Source: Rhizobiaceae bacterium
GTDB taxonomy: Bacteria > Pseudomonadota > Alphaproteobacteria > Rhizobiales > Rhizobiaceae
NCBI GenBank assembly: GCA_963669455.1
Contig: OY770026.1
Span: forward strand, 2,832,809 to 2,896,808
Direction: 5' to 3'
Length of the DNA stretch: 64,000 nucleotides
The notes beneath the pieces are model-generated. The model made no database searches, was not told the DNA's origin, and saw only the letters and a list, made by a program, of their open reading frames with translations. A program made the translations under genes and the position numbers. Positions 20,487 through 29,840 of the stretch are shown one piece after another; within the stretch, counting starts at the first letter, position 1; each line of letters begins with the position of its first letter.

Positions 20487-22693
20487 TGCGACGACGGAAC
20501 AGGTTTCTTCGTTTTGGATTTCAGACGCATTATCCGCCGTGGTGCATGGCTTTTGAGCGCCTCTCCGCGGCCTGACAGGCTCGGGTTTGTCATGAAATAT
20601 TCCTGCGCATTGAACGATTCTTCCCCCTTCTCCGGCGCGATGCGCCGTGAAGTTCCATCCGGCAATACCTCGAAACTCTGACAATTGTCCATGATGTTGC
20701 CAAGCATGATCTGGTCCATAAGCTGTTCATGCACAGTTGGATTGGTAATCGGCGCGATGGTCTCGACCCGGCGGTCGAGATTGCGCGGCATCAGATCGGC
20801 CGAACCGATATAGATGATCGCCTCATCGCAGGGCAGGCCCTGCCCGTTGCCAAAGCAATAGATACGGCTGTGCTCCAGAAAACGGCCGATAATCGACTTG
20901 ACCCGGATATTCTCCGACAGGCCGGTAACCTGTGGGCGCAGACAGCAAATCCCGCGAACCACCAGATCGATTTCGACACCGGCGGCACTGGCCTGGTAGA
21001 GCTTGTCGATCGTCTGCGGATCGACGAGCGCGTTCATCTTCATCCAGATACCGGCCGGCCGGCCGGCTTTTGCGTGGGCAATTTCATCGTCGATGTGACC
21101 AAGTATGCGCTTGCGCATGGTATTGGGCGACACTGCCAGGCGCATTTCTTCGGCCGGTTTGGCATAGCCTGTTATGTAGTTGAAGACCTGCGCCACCTCA
21201 TGGGCGGTTTGCGCGTCGGAGGTAAAATAGGACAAATCGGTATAAATGCGCGCGGTAATCGGGTGATAGTTTCCGGTCCCAAGATGGACGTAGTTTCTAA
21301 GCTTACCTTCTTCCCGGCGTACAACGAGCGACATTTTCGCGTGTGTTTTCAGTTCGATGAAGCCGAACACCACCTGCACGCCGGCCCTTTCCATGTCGCG
21401 GGCCCAGCGGATATTGGCCTCCTCGTCGAAACGGGCCTTCAACTCGATCAGCGCGGTCACCGATTTTCCAGCTTCGGCCGCATCGATCAGCGCCCGGACA
21501 ATCGGGCTGTCGTTTGAGGTGCGGTAGAGCGTCTGTTTGATGGCTACCACATTTGGATCGTTTGCCGCCTGGCGGAGAAACTGCACGACCACGTCGAAGG
21601 ATTCATAAGGGTGGTGAACGATGATGTCCTTTTCGCGGATTGCGGCCAGACAATCACCGCCATTTTCGCGAATCCGTTCGGGAAACCGCGGATTATAAAG
21701 CGTAAATTTCAGATCATCGCGCGGGAAGGACACCAGCTCGGAAATCTGCGCCAGATCCTGTAGCCCTTCAGTAATGGAGACGCGATCGGGCGACACATTC
21801 AGCTCCTGGGAGACGAATTCGCTCAGGCTTGCCGGCATGCCGGCGGCAAATTCGATCCGGATAACCGATCCCCGGCGGCGGCGCTTTAATGCCGTTTCAA
21901 ACAGACGGACCAGGTCTTCGGCTTCCTCCTCGACCTCGATGTCGCTGTCGCGAATGATGCGGAAGGTGCCCGATCCTTTGAGCTTATAGCCTGGGAACAG
22001 ATCGGTGACGTGCATGTCCACCACCTCTTCCAGCGTGACGACGGTGGTTTGCCCGTTGCGCTCGGGCAGACGAATGAACCTTGAAAGGGCTACCGGCAGG
22101 CGCAGCAGCGCCACCATCTTGTTCTTGTTTTTGCGGTTGACCAGTTCCAGAGCGATCGAAAAACCGAGATTGGGAATAAACGGAAACGGATGGGCCGGAT
22201 CGATGGAAAGCGGGGTCAGGACCGGGAAAATAGCCTCGCGAAAGTGCTGGTCCAGCCATTCGCGATCCTGCTTGTCAAGTTTTTGCGGGCTGACGATGCG
22301 AATCGACTGTTCTTCCAGCAATGCGAGCAATTCCTTCAAGCAGGCCTGCTGTTCGCGCTGCAAATCATCGATTTCCAGCAGCACCTGATGAAGCTGCTGC
22401 TCTGGGGTGCGGCCATCGGGCGATTTTTGTGAAATACCCTCGCGCACCTGTCCTTCAAGGCCGGCGACGCGAACCATGAAAAATTCGTCGAGATTATTGG
22501 CGGAAATCGACAGGAACCGAAGCCGCTCCAGAGGCGGGTGGTATTCATTGCGGCTTTCTTCCAATACCCGGCGATTAAACTGAAGCCAGGAAAATTCCCG
22601 GTTGATAAACCGCAGCGGGCTTTCGGCGAGCCCTTCGGTCTCCGGCACCGGAGCAGCCGTGAACTCGGCCGGGATTGTGGTCAGTTTATTCAT
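20483..22693 (-). CDS. ppk: polyphosphate kinase 1
   Basis: [18 protein letters not shown]-type N-terminus and two PLD-like HKD regions ([22 protein letters not shown]). Start chosen at ATG 22693 (GGAGCGG upstream); ATG 22726 is an alternative. Confidence 0.95.
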   Translation of the reverse strand: MNKLTTIPAEFTAAPVPETEGLAESPLRFINREFSWLQFNRRVLEESRNEYHPPLERLRFLSISANNLDEFFMVRVAGLEGQVREGISQKSPDGRTPEQQLHQVLLEIDDLQREQQACLKELLALLEEQSIRIVSPQKLDKQDREWLDQHFREAIFPVLTPLSIDPAHPFPFIPNLGFSIALELVNRKNKNKMVALLRLPVALSRFIRLPERNGQTTVVTLEEVVDMHVTDLFPGYKLKGSGTFRIIRDSDIEVEEEAEDLVRLFETALKRRRRGSVIRIEFAAGMPASLSEFVSQELNVSPDRVSITEGLQDLAQISELVSFPRDDLKFTLYNPRFPERIRENGGDCLAAIREKDIIVHHPYESFDVVVQFLRQAANDPNVVAIKQTLYRTSNDSPIVRALIDAAEAGKSVTALIELKARFDEEANIRWARDMERAGVQVVFGFIELKTHAKMSLVVRREEGKLRNYVHLGTGNYHPITARIYTDLSYFTSDAQTAHEVAQVFNYITGYAKPAEEMRLAVSPNTMRKRILGHIDDEIAHAKAGRPAGIWMKMNALVDPQTIDKLYQASAAGVEIDLVVRGICCLRPQVTGLSENIRVKSIIGRFLEHSRIYCFGNGQGLPCDEAIIYIGSADLMPRNLDRRVETIAPITNPTVHEQLMDQIMLGNIMDNCQSFEVLPDGTSRRIAPEKGEESFNAQEYFMTNPSLSGRGEALKSHAPRRIMRLKSKTKKPVPSSQ

Positions 22694-22888
22694 TTTTTCC
22701 GCTCCGTTTGGCTGGATCGATGCCAACCAGCGCCGCTATTGCCGATAACATACCGCCAAATAGTAACTTTCACATTGATTTGCGACGGTTTCATTGCCAA
22801 GGCATGCTTGCAAAGCGTCTATGTTTAGGCCAAAGGCATGGATAGCCGTCAGACACGGTTGGTTGAAGACCGATGCGGGAGATAAAAA

Positions 22889-23134
22889 ATGGCAGGACAC
22901 GCTGTTCCACATTTTCAAAACAGTGCCGGACACGCAAAGATTGACATCGGGGTCAAGGAATTCATGTGCGTCGGCGCCAATCCGCCCTATGATCATCCGC
23001 ATGTGTTTCTTGATATGGGAGCAGAGAGCGAAAAGGTCTGCCCCTATTGCTCAACGCTTTATCGCTACGACGCAGCACTTTCAGCCAACGACACGCGCCC
23101 TGAGGGTTGCGCGTTTGAAGAACAGGCAGCCTGA
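22889..23134 (+). CDS. zinc-finger (zf-CHCC, NDUFS6-like) domain protein
   Basis: 81 aa with FMCVGANPPYDHPHVFLDMG...KVCPYCSTLY, a small-protein pattern conserved in alphaproteobacteria. Confidence 0.7.
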   Translation: MAGHAVPHFQNSAGHAKIDIGVKEFMCVGANPPYDHPHVFLDMGAESEKVCPYCSTLYRYDAALSANDTRPEGCAFEEQAA

Positions 23135-23149
23135 TTCTACAACCGGGAG

Positions 23150-24364
23150 GTGTTTTTGGCCCAAAGGCCGGATAATGGAACGATACTGATTGCCGGAGGG
23201 GGCATTGCCGGTCTGAGCGCTGCACTCGCCTTTTCGGCCAAGGGGATTCCCTCGCGTGTTCTCGAGCGCGCCAAACAGATGGCAGAATTCGGCGCGGGTT
23301 TGCAGATATCCCCGAATGCTTCACGGATCCTGCGGGACCTTAATGTTCTAGATGAGCTTGCTGCGATAGCCTTCAAACCCGAGGCTGTCCACATCGTCGA
23401 TGCTGTAAGCGGAAGGCAAATTGCGGCGGTGCCGCTTGGCGATGCCGCCGAGGCGCGCTGGGGCGCGCCCTATCTCGTCGCCCATCGTAGTGACCTCCAT
23501 TCGGCATTGCTGGCGACGGCGAAGACACGCGCCAACATCGACATCGCCGCCGGTAGCACTGTCGTGGATGGGCAGGCGTCAGACAATGGCGTCAATGCCG
23601 AGGTGGAAAGCGACAGCGGACCATCAAGCCAGGCAGGCAGGCTTTTGGTGGCCGCAGACGGTGTGTGGTCATCATTGCGAGCCGGGATTCGCAGCCAGCC
23701 GCAAAGCCGCTTTACAGGGCATGTGGCCTGGCGGGCCCTGCTCGATCCCGAGGACGCGAAGCCGCTGTTTGCCGATGATGAAGGGTTTCGTTGCGTAATA
23801 GTCTTCGTCAATCCGGCATTCCATTTGATTGCCTATCCGATAACGAGCGGCCGCCAGATAAACCTGGTCGCGGTTGTACCCGGCGCAGGGCTTGCCGAAC
23901 GCTGGGCCATTGAAGCGGACGTTTCGCAACTGCATCAGGCCTTGGACGATTCGAAACTGGCGTTTCTGAGCCGCCTTCCGATCGACTGGACCGCCTGGCC
24001 GCTGCATGAGGTCGATCCGAAAGGCCGGTGGAGCGCCGGCAGCCGTACGGTGCTGATCGGCGATGCGGCCCATGCGATGACACCCTTTCTGGCGCAAGGT
24101 GCCGCCATGGCGATTGAGGACGGTTATATGCTGGCAAACTGCGTTGCCGGTGCGCAAGACGGCCTGGATAATGCGCTGATAACATTTGAGCGCGCGCGCA
24201 AACTGCGTGTCAGCCGCGTCGTCAAGCGCGGTGCGTTCACCCGCTTTGCCTGGCATGCATCAGGCCCGGTCGCCCTTGTCCGCAATATCCTCCTGGCGGC
24301 CCGCTCCGGCCCCGGTCTGATGCGGGAATTCGACTGGCTCTATGGATTTGATGCCGACAGATAG
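23150..24364 (+). CDS. FAD-dependent aromatic-ring monooxygenase (salicylate hydroxylase/UbiH-like)
   Basis: GxGxxG (IAGGGIAGLSAALAF), DG motif (LLVAADGVWSSLR), GDAAH (LIGDAAHAMTPFLAQGAAMAIEDG). Confidence 0.85.
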   Translation: MFLAQRPDNGTILIAGGGIAGLSAALAFSAKGIPSRVLERAKQMAEFGAGLQISPNASRILRDLNVLDELAAIAFKPEAVHIVDAVSGRQIAAVPLGDAAEARWGAPYLVAHRSDLHSALLATAKTRANIDIAAGSTVVDGQASDNGVNAEVESDSGPSSQAGRLLVAADGVWSSLRAGIRSQPQSRFTGHVAWRALLDPEDAKPLFADDEGFRCVIVFVNPAFHLIAYPITSGRQINLVAVVPGAGLAERWAIEADVSQLHQALDDSKLAFLSRLPIDWTAWPLHEVDPKGRWSAGSRTVLIGDAAHAMTPFLAQGAAMAIEDGYMLANCVAGAQDGLDNALITFERARKLRVSRVVKRGAFTRFAWHASGPVALVRNILLAARSGPGLMREFDWLYGFDADR

Positions 24365-24539
24365 GGCGCATAACCGTTGCGGCAATTGCCAAAAGTAACG
24401 CCATCGGGTGGGGGAAAGTGTTGCAGAAACGATCCTTTTCGCAACAAGATAGCCGAGACACGAGTGTCCATTTAAGAAGAATTAACAAATTGTAAATGCA
24501 GACATAGTACCTTTTTCTCACTAACTTGGAGAAGTTCTT

Positions 24540-25349
24540 TTGCGTTTAATACAATCTAAACCAAATCTTGGCGCTGAACTGGTTATTGGCCTATCTCGTC
24601 GTCTTTTACACATATGTGGTATAGGAGAAAACTCTGTACATCATATGTATCAAAGTGACTTCGAGCAGGGTTGCAATGTCCTATGGCGACTAGGTGTTGC
24701 TAGTGGGTATTACAATAATCAGGACACTTTCGGCATGATATCCTACCAAAATTGGATAGAAGGCCATATATCCAATGAAAAGAAGGTTTGGCCTCCAAAT
24801 TTTCAATTTCTCACAACCTCCGAAATTCGGAGTCGTCTTCATGATTGGGTTGAAAACGACGTCGTAAATCTGGTTGAGCTTTTGGCGTCCTATTTGGCTG
24901 TTGCGTGCAATTATGGAGAAAGTAAATCATTTATGCCTACCAGTAGAAAGCCGTTTCAGCCTCAAGATGAATGCAAGCATGAGGTTGCGGCGCTGATTCA
25001 CTACGGATATGTAAGGAAGATGGGAGCGGAAGTCGTCTGGAGCGATAAAATTGGTGACGCAATGCGTCATGCACTCTTGTGGTCAGAAGAAGGCCGTTCG
25101 TTTTCTGAAATTGAAGAAAATGAACTTGAAAACAATGCAAGAATTGCTTGGGAAACAATGCCACCTATGATCAAGAAAGCTCACTTCTCTAAGCGACCAC
25201 TCGATGTAATCAGAATTACAAAGCTGTTGGCACATAGTTGGAAAGATGGGAAGTGGGACTTATCTGATAAGGACAAGACAATAAGCCTTTCTGGTGAAAT
25301 TCAGTTGGCAAGGCGTTTGGTTGAAATCGCTGAATGTAAACCATTGTAA
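24540..25349 (+). CDS. hypothetical protein, island ORF A (no family recognised)
   Basis: 269 aa ORF in about 40% GC DNA. TTG start 9 nt after GGAGAAG. No TM segment or motif I can name. Confidence 0.5.
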   Translation: MRLIQSKPNLGAELVIGLSRRLLHICGIGENSVHHMYQSDFEQGCNVLWRLGVASGYYNNQDTFGMISYQNWIEGHISNEKKVWPPNFQFLTTSEIRSRLHDWVENDVVNLVELLASYLAVACNYGESKSFMPTSRKPFQPQDECKHEVAALIHYGYVRKMGAEVVWSDKIGDAMRHALLWSEEGRSFSEIEENELENNARIAWETMPPMIKKAHFSKRPLDVIRITKLLAHSWKDGKWDLSDKDKTISLSGEIQLARRLVEIAECKPL

Positions 25350-25538
25350 TAAGGCCACCATTAAAATTTGATATCTGATATTCCCACGTTATCAATAACT
25401 CCAGCTCACCTACCAATCTTTTTGCAACTGTTAAGTTACTGATTTACAAGAGCGCTAAAAACCGTTGCAAAAAGGATGGATCGAAAACTTAGCTGCTTAT
25501 GCTTAAAAATGTGCAGCGCTTTGTTTTAGGAGGGATAT

Positions 25539-26276
25539 TTGGGGAGCTTTTTCTTTCACTTAAAGGGATTGGTTTGGAGCAGGTTTTGGGCTTGGAATAT
25601 AAAGCGGAAGATCAAAAATATGCCTGATCCTCGAGTTTCTGCTGAAAAAGTACCAATGACAATTGTTGAGGGTAGCCGAAAGTTTACGGATTTAGGTGAT
25701 AGTCCAGTAGAAAACCTTCTATTTTTATCATGTAAAATAGAGGTAGAGGAAAGTTCATTAATTTCATTTCCTGTTTCGTACTCACCAAACCTTATTTGCA
25801 ATGGTTACAACGCGGGAAAACCTCTAACTATAGATAACATCACACAAGTCAGACATGATCTGAACATAAAAATTCATCCATCGTGGGAGCAAACTCCCGT
25901 AGTCGAAGTTATTGAATATGAAGAGCAAACCCCTTGGGAGCACGGTCTTGGTAAAACAGCATTTGCCATACTGGTAAATCTGCCATGGAAAGCGAGTCGC
26001 ATACTCCGAGATAATATACAGGCAGTCGATAAGACAAAGCCCTGCATTTTGGTTTTGGCGATCCCTTGTAATTACGTTGATATACCAAATGGGCGAAAGG
26101 TGACTCCAGATTCACAAATAAAGGATGCATTTAAGTGGAGTATTCACCCTAATGATATTGGTTTTTGGTTGATTGATTTTGATTCAGTTTCAATGGACTC
26201 GGATGGAATACGCATTCTGTCAGATGTTATTGAAAGATCAGACTTCATTAAGAGCTGGAGAATTAGTTTTTCTTGA
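25539..26276 (+). CDS. hypothetical protein, island ORF B (no family recognised)
   Basis: 245 aa ORF. TTG start 5 nt after AGGAGG; alternative ATG at 25620. No recognisable motif. Confidence 0.5.
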   Translation: MGSFFFHLKGLVWSRFWAWNIKRKIKNMPDPRVSAEKVPMTIVEGSRKFTDLGDSPVENLLFLSCKIEVEESSLISFPVSYSPNLICNGYNAGKPLTIDNITQVRHDLNIKIHPSWEQTPVVEVIEYEEQTPWEHGLGKTAFAILVNLPWKASRILRDNIQAVDKTKPCILVLAIPCNYVDIPNGRKVTPDSQIKDAFKWSIHPNDIGFWLIDFDSVSMDSDGIRILSDVIERSDFIKSWRISFS

Positions 26277-26373
26277 TGAGTTTGGCTCGCAAAATGTTGC
26301 AAAATGGCTGATAGTTACGCCATAGACTAAATATCTCCAGTCTTCCCGACTTCTTGACACCAGAGGTCGTATC

Positions 26374-26826
26374 TCAAGTTGACAATGCTCCCTTGGTCAA
26401 TTGCCTATTTGGATTCAGCCCTTCTCCCAGAAACGGGCATTGCAACCTCTTCAATGAAATTCCATGGAACATTTCAGTTTGCGTCTTGTAGGGAGGCTTC
26501 TGCCTTCCTATACGATTCAAGCTGTTTGCCAAATCTTGAATGCTGAAGCTGGGTAATTCTTCTGGCGGGAATGCTATGTTCCTTCGAGTATAGAAGCCGT
26601 TTCTGACATTTTCGATTATCTGAAACAGGATTTGCAATGTGTGAAGATGTGCGCTGAGGGGAGTGTATAGTTGTCCGCCATTTTTTGCGGGAACAATACT
26701 GTTTGCGTAGATAGATGTTATAGTCTCACTCGGATTACCTGCCCAAAAGATATTCAGTGCAGTTGAGAGTTCGCAATCAGGTTGGCTTATGACCCAAAAT
26801 AATTTCTCGTGGTCGCCATCAGGCAA
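26374..26826 (-). CDS. DUF4274-like protein, island ORF C (possibly the 3' part of a frameshifted gene)
   Basis: The motif ...FWVISQPDCELSTALNIFWAGNP resembles the (W)I..P.CDLGTAL.IFW core I remember for DUF4274. There is only a TTG start, and an in-frame TAA lies 9 codons upstream. Confidence 0.45.
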   Translation of the reverse strand: MPDGDHEKLFWVISQPDCELSTALNIFWAGNPSETITSIYANSIVPAKNGGQLYTPLSAHLHTLQILFQIIENVRNGFYTRRNIAFPPEELPSFSIQDLANSLNRIGRQKPPYKTQTEMFHGISLKRLQCPFLGEGLNPNRQLTKGALST

Positions 26827-27011
26827 ATAAGACCATAAACAATTATATGTTTAGCATTTGAAAATGCGCCGGCAATCTGATTGACGGTGGGGAAAATCTC
26901 GCATGACTGATTAGCAAAAGCAAAATTGGAACGAATGGGCTCGAAAGTTATTGCTAAGGCAAGTAGAACAATCAGTGGTAACCATCGAGGTGATATGTCA
27001 GCAAAACGCAT
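26787..27011 (-). CDS. small ORF overlapping the ORF C start (possible 5' part of the same gene)
   Basis: 74 aa with a hydrophobic N-terminus WLPLIVLLALAITF. It overlaps ORF C by 40 nt in another frame. Confidence 0.25.
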   Translation of the reverse strand: MRFADISPRWLPLIVLLALAITFEPIRSNFAFANQSCEIFPTVNQIAGAFSNAKHIIVYGLICLMATTRNYFGS

Positions 27012-27219
27012 AGACGGCTTTTCGTTCGAATCTAAAAATCAACCAAGCAAGGTGGAATGCAAAAACAAAACAGTCATTTTGTGACAAGATTGTACGACAC
27101 CTAAAAGGCATGGTTTTCGCGCGCCGTATTTTCATGGCTTAACTGACGCAAAAGTTTAACGGAATTTTGCCGATTGACCGAATAATTTGCTGCGGTAAAA
27201 CTACCAAGTTTAGACTGTA

Positions 27220-28068
27220 TTGAAGTGCACAGTGAACAAAACAACGATAGTCACCCTTGCCAGTATCGTATGTATCTCAATGCTGTTTGTTGGATTCGCA
27301 CTTTCCTCAAAAGTGCAGGAGATGTCTGAGAGTGACGTAGTGGCTCTTGCCGATGATGCACACCTTGTTATCGGTGGGGTGCCCATGGTTGTGCCATTTG
27401 TGGTTATCCAAAATCAGAACTCGATGTCAGCTTTTTTTACACTTGACCGAAACAAGGCACGCGAAGATTGGAAAATCGCCAGAAATTCTTTTCGGCGCTC
27501 TGCATCAAACGCGTCACGCCCTCTGGCGGTTGACAAGCTAGACCTCCGATTTAGAGCGCTTGGTTGGCAGGAGGTCTCCGGGAATTTTGGAAAACAACTA
27601 TGCAAAAGATTGACGCGGCAGTGGTCCCGGTCGATTTGCTTTGATGTCGAAGCCCCTTTGCTTGAAGCGTTACCTTACAACAGCAATATAACGTTTGTAG
27701 ATGACAGGCGGCTTGAGAATTTTGGCAATGATTATTCTTTTGCGGGTTACAAAAAAACCCTTGCTACCAGACTGGGTGAGATGAGTTGGAAGCCTGAAAA
27801 AGCTTCGGTAGTCTGCGAAAAATCTGACAAAAGTCCCCATCGAAGTTGTACGGCAGCAATCCCTATCATGGGACATCTTGTTGCAGTCTGGTCTGTTTGG
27901 GATACAGAAAGAGAAACTGCTGAGCAGATGGCAAAGCGCCAAGGATTAGTTATCGTCGCTCTGATGAAATATGGTCTTGGATCCACTGAGGACTTTAGGA
28001 CATTGCAATCACTTGCTCGTAAACTAAAAAAACCATCCGGAACTCCTATAGATGCACCCGAACGCTGA
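27220..28068 (+). CDS. hypothetical membrane-anchored protein, island ORF D
   Basis: 282 aa. N-terminal anchor TIVTLASIVCISMLFVGFALSS followed by a soluble domain. TTG start with a weak SD. No family recognised. Confidence 0.5.
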   Translation: MKCTVNKTTIVTLASIVCISMLFVGFALSSKVQEMSESDVVALADDAHLVIGGVPMVVPFVVIQNQNSMSAFFTLDRNKAREDWKIARNSFRRSASNASRPLAVDKLDLRFRALGWQEVSGNFGKQLCKRLTRQWSRSICFDVEAPLLEALPYNSNITFVDDRRLENFGNDYSFAGYKKTLATRLGEMSWKPEKASVVCEKSDKSPHRSCTAAIPIMGHLVAVWSVWDTERETAEQMAKRQGLVIVALMKYGLGSTEDFRTLQSLARKLKKPSGTPIDAPER

Positions 28069-28072
28069 TCTA

Positions 28073-28164
28073 GAGCAGTTTTGGAACCGCGAGAACGCCT
28101 GTATCTGCTTGGAACTATTGAAGCATTTTTCGCGCATATGATTATGTTTGGGCGAAAAATGCCC
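28073..28164 (+). repeat. 92 bp TA-flanked structured repeat, copy A (MITE/RIME-like)
   Basis: The sequence is TA|GAGCAGTTTTGGAACCGCGAGAACGCCTGTATCTGCTTGGAACTATTGAAGCATTTTTCGCGCATATGATTATGTTTGGGCGAAAAATGCCC|TA. It has an internal 11 bp stem GCATTTTTCGC/GCGAAAAATGC. Its left terminus matches the 13006 MITE terminus for 11 nt. Confidence 0.65.
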
Positions 28165-28314
28165 TAGCAACCCCTTGTATCTCGCATAACTGAATTTTCG
28201 GAACCGCCGCAAACCCTTCCCTTCCGCACCTCATCTGGCGCAGCGCCGCTGCGGCTCGCCCCTCAATGCAATTCTGGCCTAAAAACAGTACGGGCCTTCC
28301 AGAGCGCGCCTGCA

Positions 28315-29031
28315 TCAATTGTGGAGCTTAAGCGACCAACGAAGACCGACAGGAAGTGGATTCCACCAACCTGTTTGCAACCCCCCTTCCCGCAAAACAT
28401 TGGCTGCCCACGTGTTGCAACCCAATAGCGCGTTGAAATAGCCAGCTCCCTCATAAAACCGGTCGAACTCACCATAACCAGCACCGGCGATTAGCTTAGG
28501 GTTACCATCTGCCGATGTTGTAAAGCCGGAAAGTGCGCGAACCAGCATCTGGTCGAACTGCCGCTCGGTCAGCAATAGTTCATCCACATTCGCGCTATGA
28601 GGTTCGATCTCTCCGGCCAGAGCAACGTGCATCACCGACCTGTCAACGGAAAGTGCGCGAAATACCGGGCCCGGTTTCAAGTCTGCCCATGTCGGTGTTT
28701 CGAGATAAAATGACCGCCCTCCCCAGCCGAAAACGATCCATTTCACCTCGGTGTGATCGACAGGCAATCCGGCCTGCCGGAGAAAGCCAAGGCGATCCAA
28801 AACATCTGCTTCGGCTGGAAACGCGATGTCTGTATGAATCGGATTGTAAAGCAACAAGACGCGTCGCGTCGCGGCATCGGAATGGGCTTCGCCAAACTCC
28901 ATTTCGCCCGTTAGTGGCCGCGGAACCAGCGTTCCCAGCACCACGACAAGCGCGACAAAAAGGAGGACCGCAACAACAAGTTTCCCTGCCCGTTTTGTGC
29001 GTCCCAACCGCGGCCTGTCTGCTCTCATCAA
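28315..29031 (-). CDS. TIGR02117 (DUF2459) family protein
   Basis: 238 aa. N-terminal anchor, then HTDIAFP...[21 protein letters not shown]...[29 protein letters not shown], a pattern I associate with this family. Confidence 0.65.
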   Translation of the reverse strand: MMRADRPRLGRTKRAGKLVVAVLLFVALVVVLGTLVPRPLTGEMEFGEAHSDAATRRVLLLYNPIHTDIAFPAEADVLDRLGFLRQAGLPVDHTEVKWIVFGWGGRSFYLETPTWADLKPGPVFRALSVDRSVMHVALAGEIEPHSANVDELLLTERQFDQMLVRALSGFTTSADGNPKLIAGAGYGEFDRFYEGAGYFNALLGCNTWAANVLREGGLQTGWWNPLPVGLRWSLKLHN

Positions 29032-29840
29032 TGCAATATCTGGCTTAAAAACAGTTTTGTACGTTCGTGTTTGGGATTGTCGAAGAAATCGTCCGGATTG
29101 TTTTCCTCGACGATCTGGCCCTCATCCATGAAAATGACACGGTTGGCGGCCTGGCGGGCAAATCCCATCTCGTGGGTGACGCACAGCATGGTCATGCCAT
29201 CTTCGGCAAGTCTTACCATCGTGTCGAGCACTTCCTTGATCATTTCTGGATCGAGCGCCGAAGTCGGCTCGTCAAACAGCATGATGCGGGGGTTCATGCA
29301 CAAAGCCCGCGCAATGGCGACACGCTGCTGCTGACCGCCTGAAAGCTGGCCTGGATATTTGCCGGCCTGTTCTGGGATTTTTACCCGCTCAAGAATGCGC
29401 ATAGCCTCTTCTTCGGCCTGCCTTTTGGGGGTCTTGCGCACCCAGATCGGTGCCAGCGTACAATTTTCCAAAATCGTCAGATGGGGAAAGAGGTTGAAGT
29501 GCTGGAACACCATGCCGACTTCGCTGCGCACCTCGTCGATTTTCTTCAGATCATCCGTCAGTTCGATGCCGTCGACGATGATTTTACCCTGCTGATGTTC
29601 TTCCAGCCGGTTAACACAACGGATCAGTGTCGACTTGCCCGAGCCGGACGGGCCGGCAATGACGATCCGCTCGCCATTCATGACCGTCAGATTGATGTCT
29701 TTCAGCACTTGGAAACTACCGAACCATTTGTGCATGCCGATGATTTCGACTGCGACGTCGGTGTCGGACACGGGCATTGTGCCGCGGTCTGCGGCGATGT
29801 CGTGTTCGGCTGAATTTTTGTGTGCCCGGCCTGATGTCAC
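29028..29840 (-). CDS. aapP: general L-amino acid ABC transporter ATP-binding protein
   Basis: Walker [10 protein letters not shown], signature [15 protein letters not shown], Walker [12 protein letters not shown], and C-terminal [13 protein letters not shown]. Close to AapP/GlnQ-type sequences. The true start may be ATG 29777. Confidence 0.9.
   Translation of the reverse strand: MTSGRAHKNSAEHDIAADRGTMPVSDTDVAVEIIGMHKWFGSFQVLKDINLTVMNGERIVIAGPSGSGKSTLIRCVNRLEEHQQGKIIVDGIELTDDLKKIDEVRSEVGMVFQHFNLFPHLTILENCTLAPIWVRKTPKRQAEEEAMRILERVKIPEQAGKYPGQLSGGQQQRVAIARALCMNPRIMLFDEPTSALDPEMIKEVLDTMVRLAEDGMTMLCVTHEMGFARQAANRVIFMDEGQIVEENNPDDFFDNPKHERTKLFLSQILH

Noticed and set aside
24420-28164. Reading the island as integron-like gene cassettes with attC sites
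   Set aside because: The hairpins lack the RYYYAAC/GTTRRRY core sites, the ORFs face both directions, and no intI or attI is present.
28024-28212. Small minus-strand ORFs sharing the peptide ...NHM(R/C)EKCFNSSK(Q/R)I... (28024-28212 and part of 34255-34578)
   Set aside because: The shared peptide is a by-product of translating the DNA repeat. The third copy (52.5 kb) does not keep the frame, and the ORF boundaries differ in each copy.
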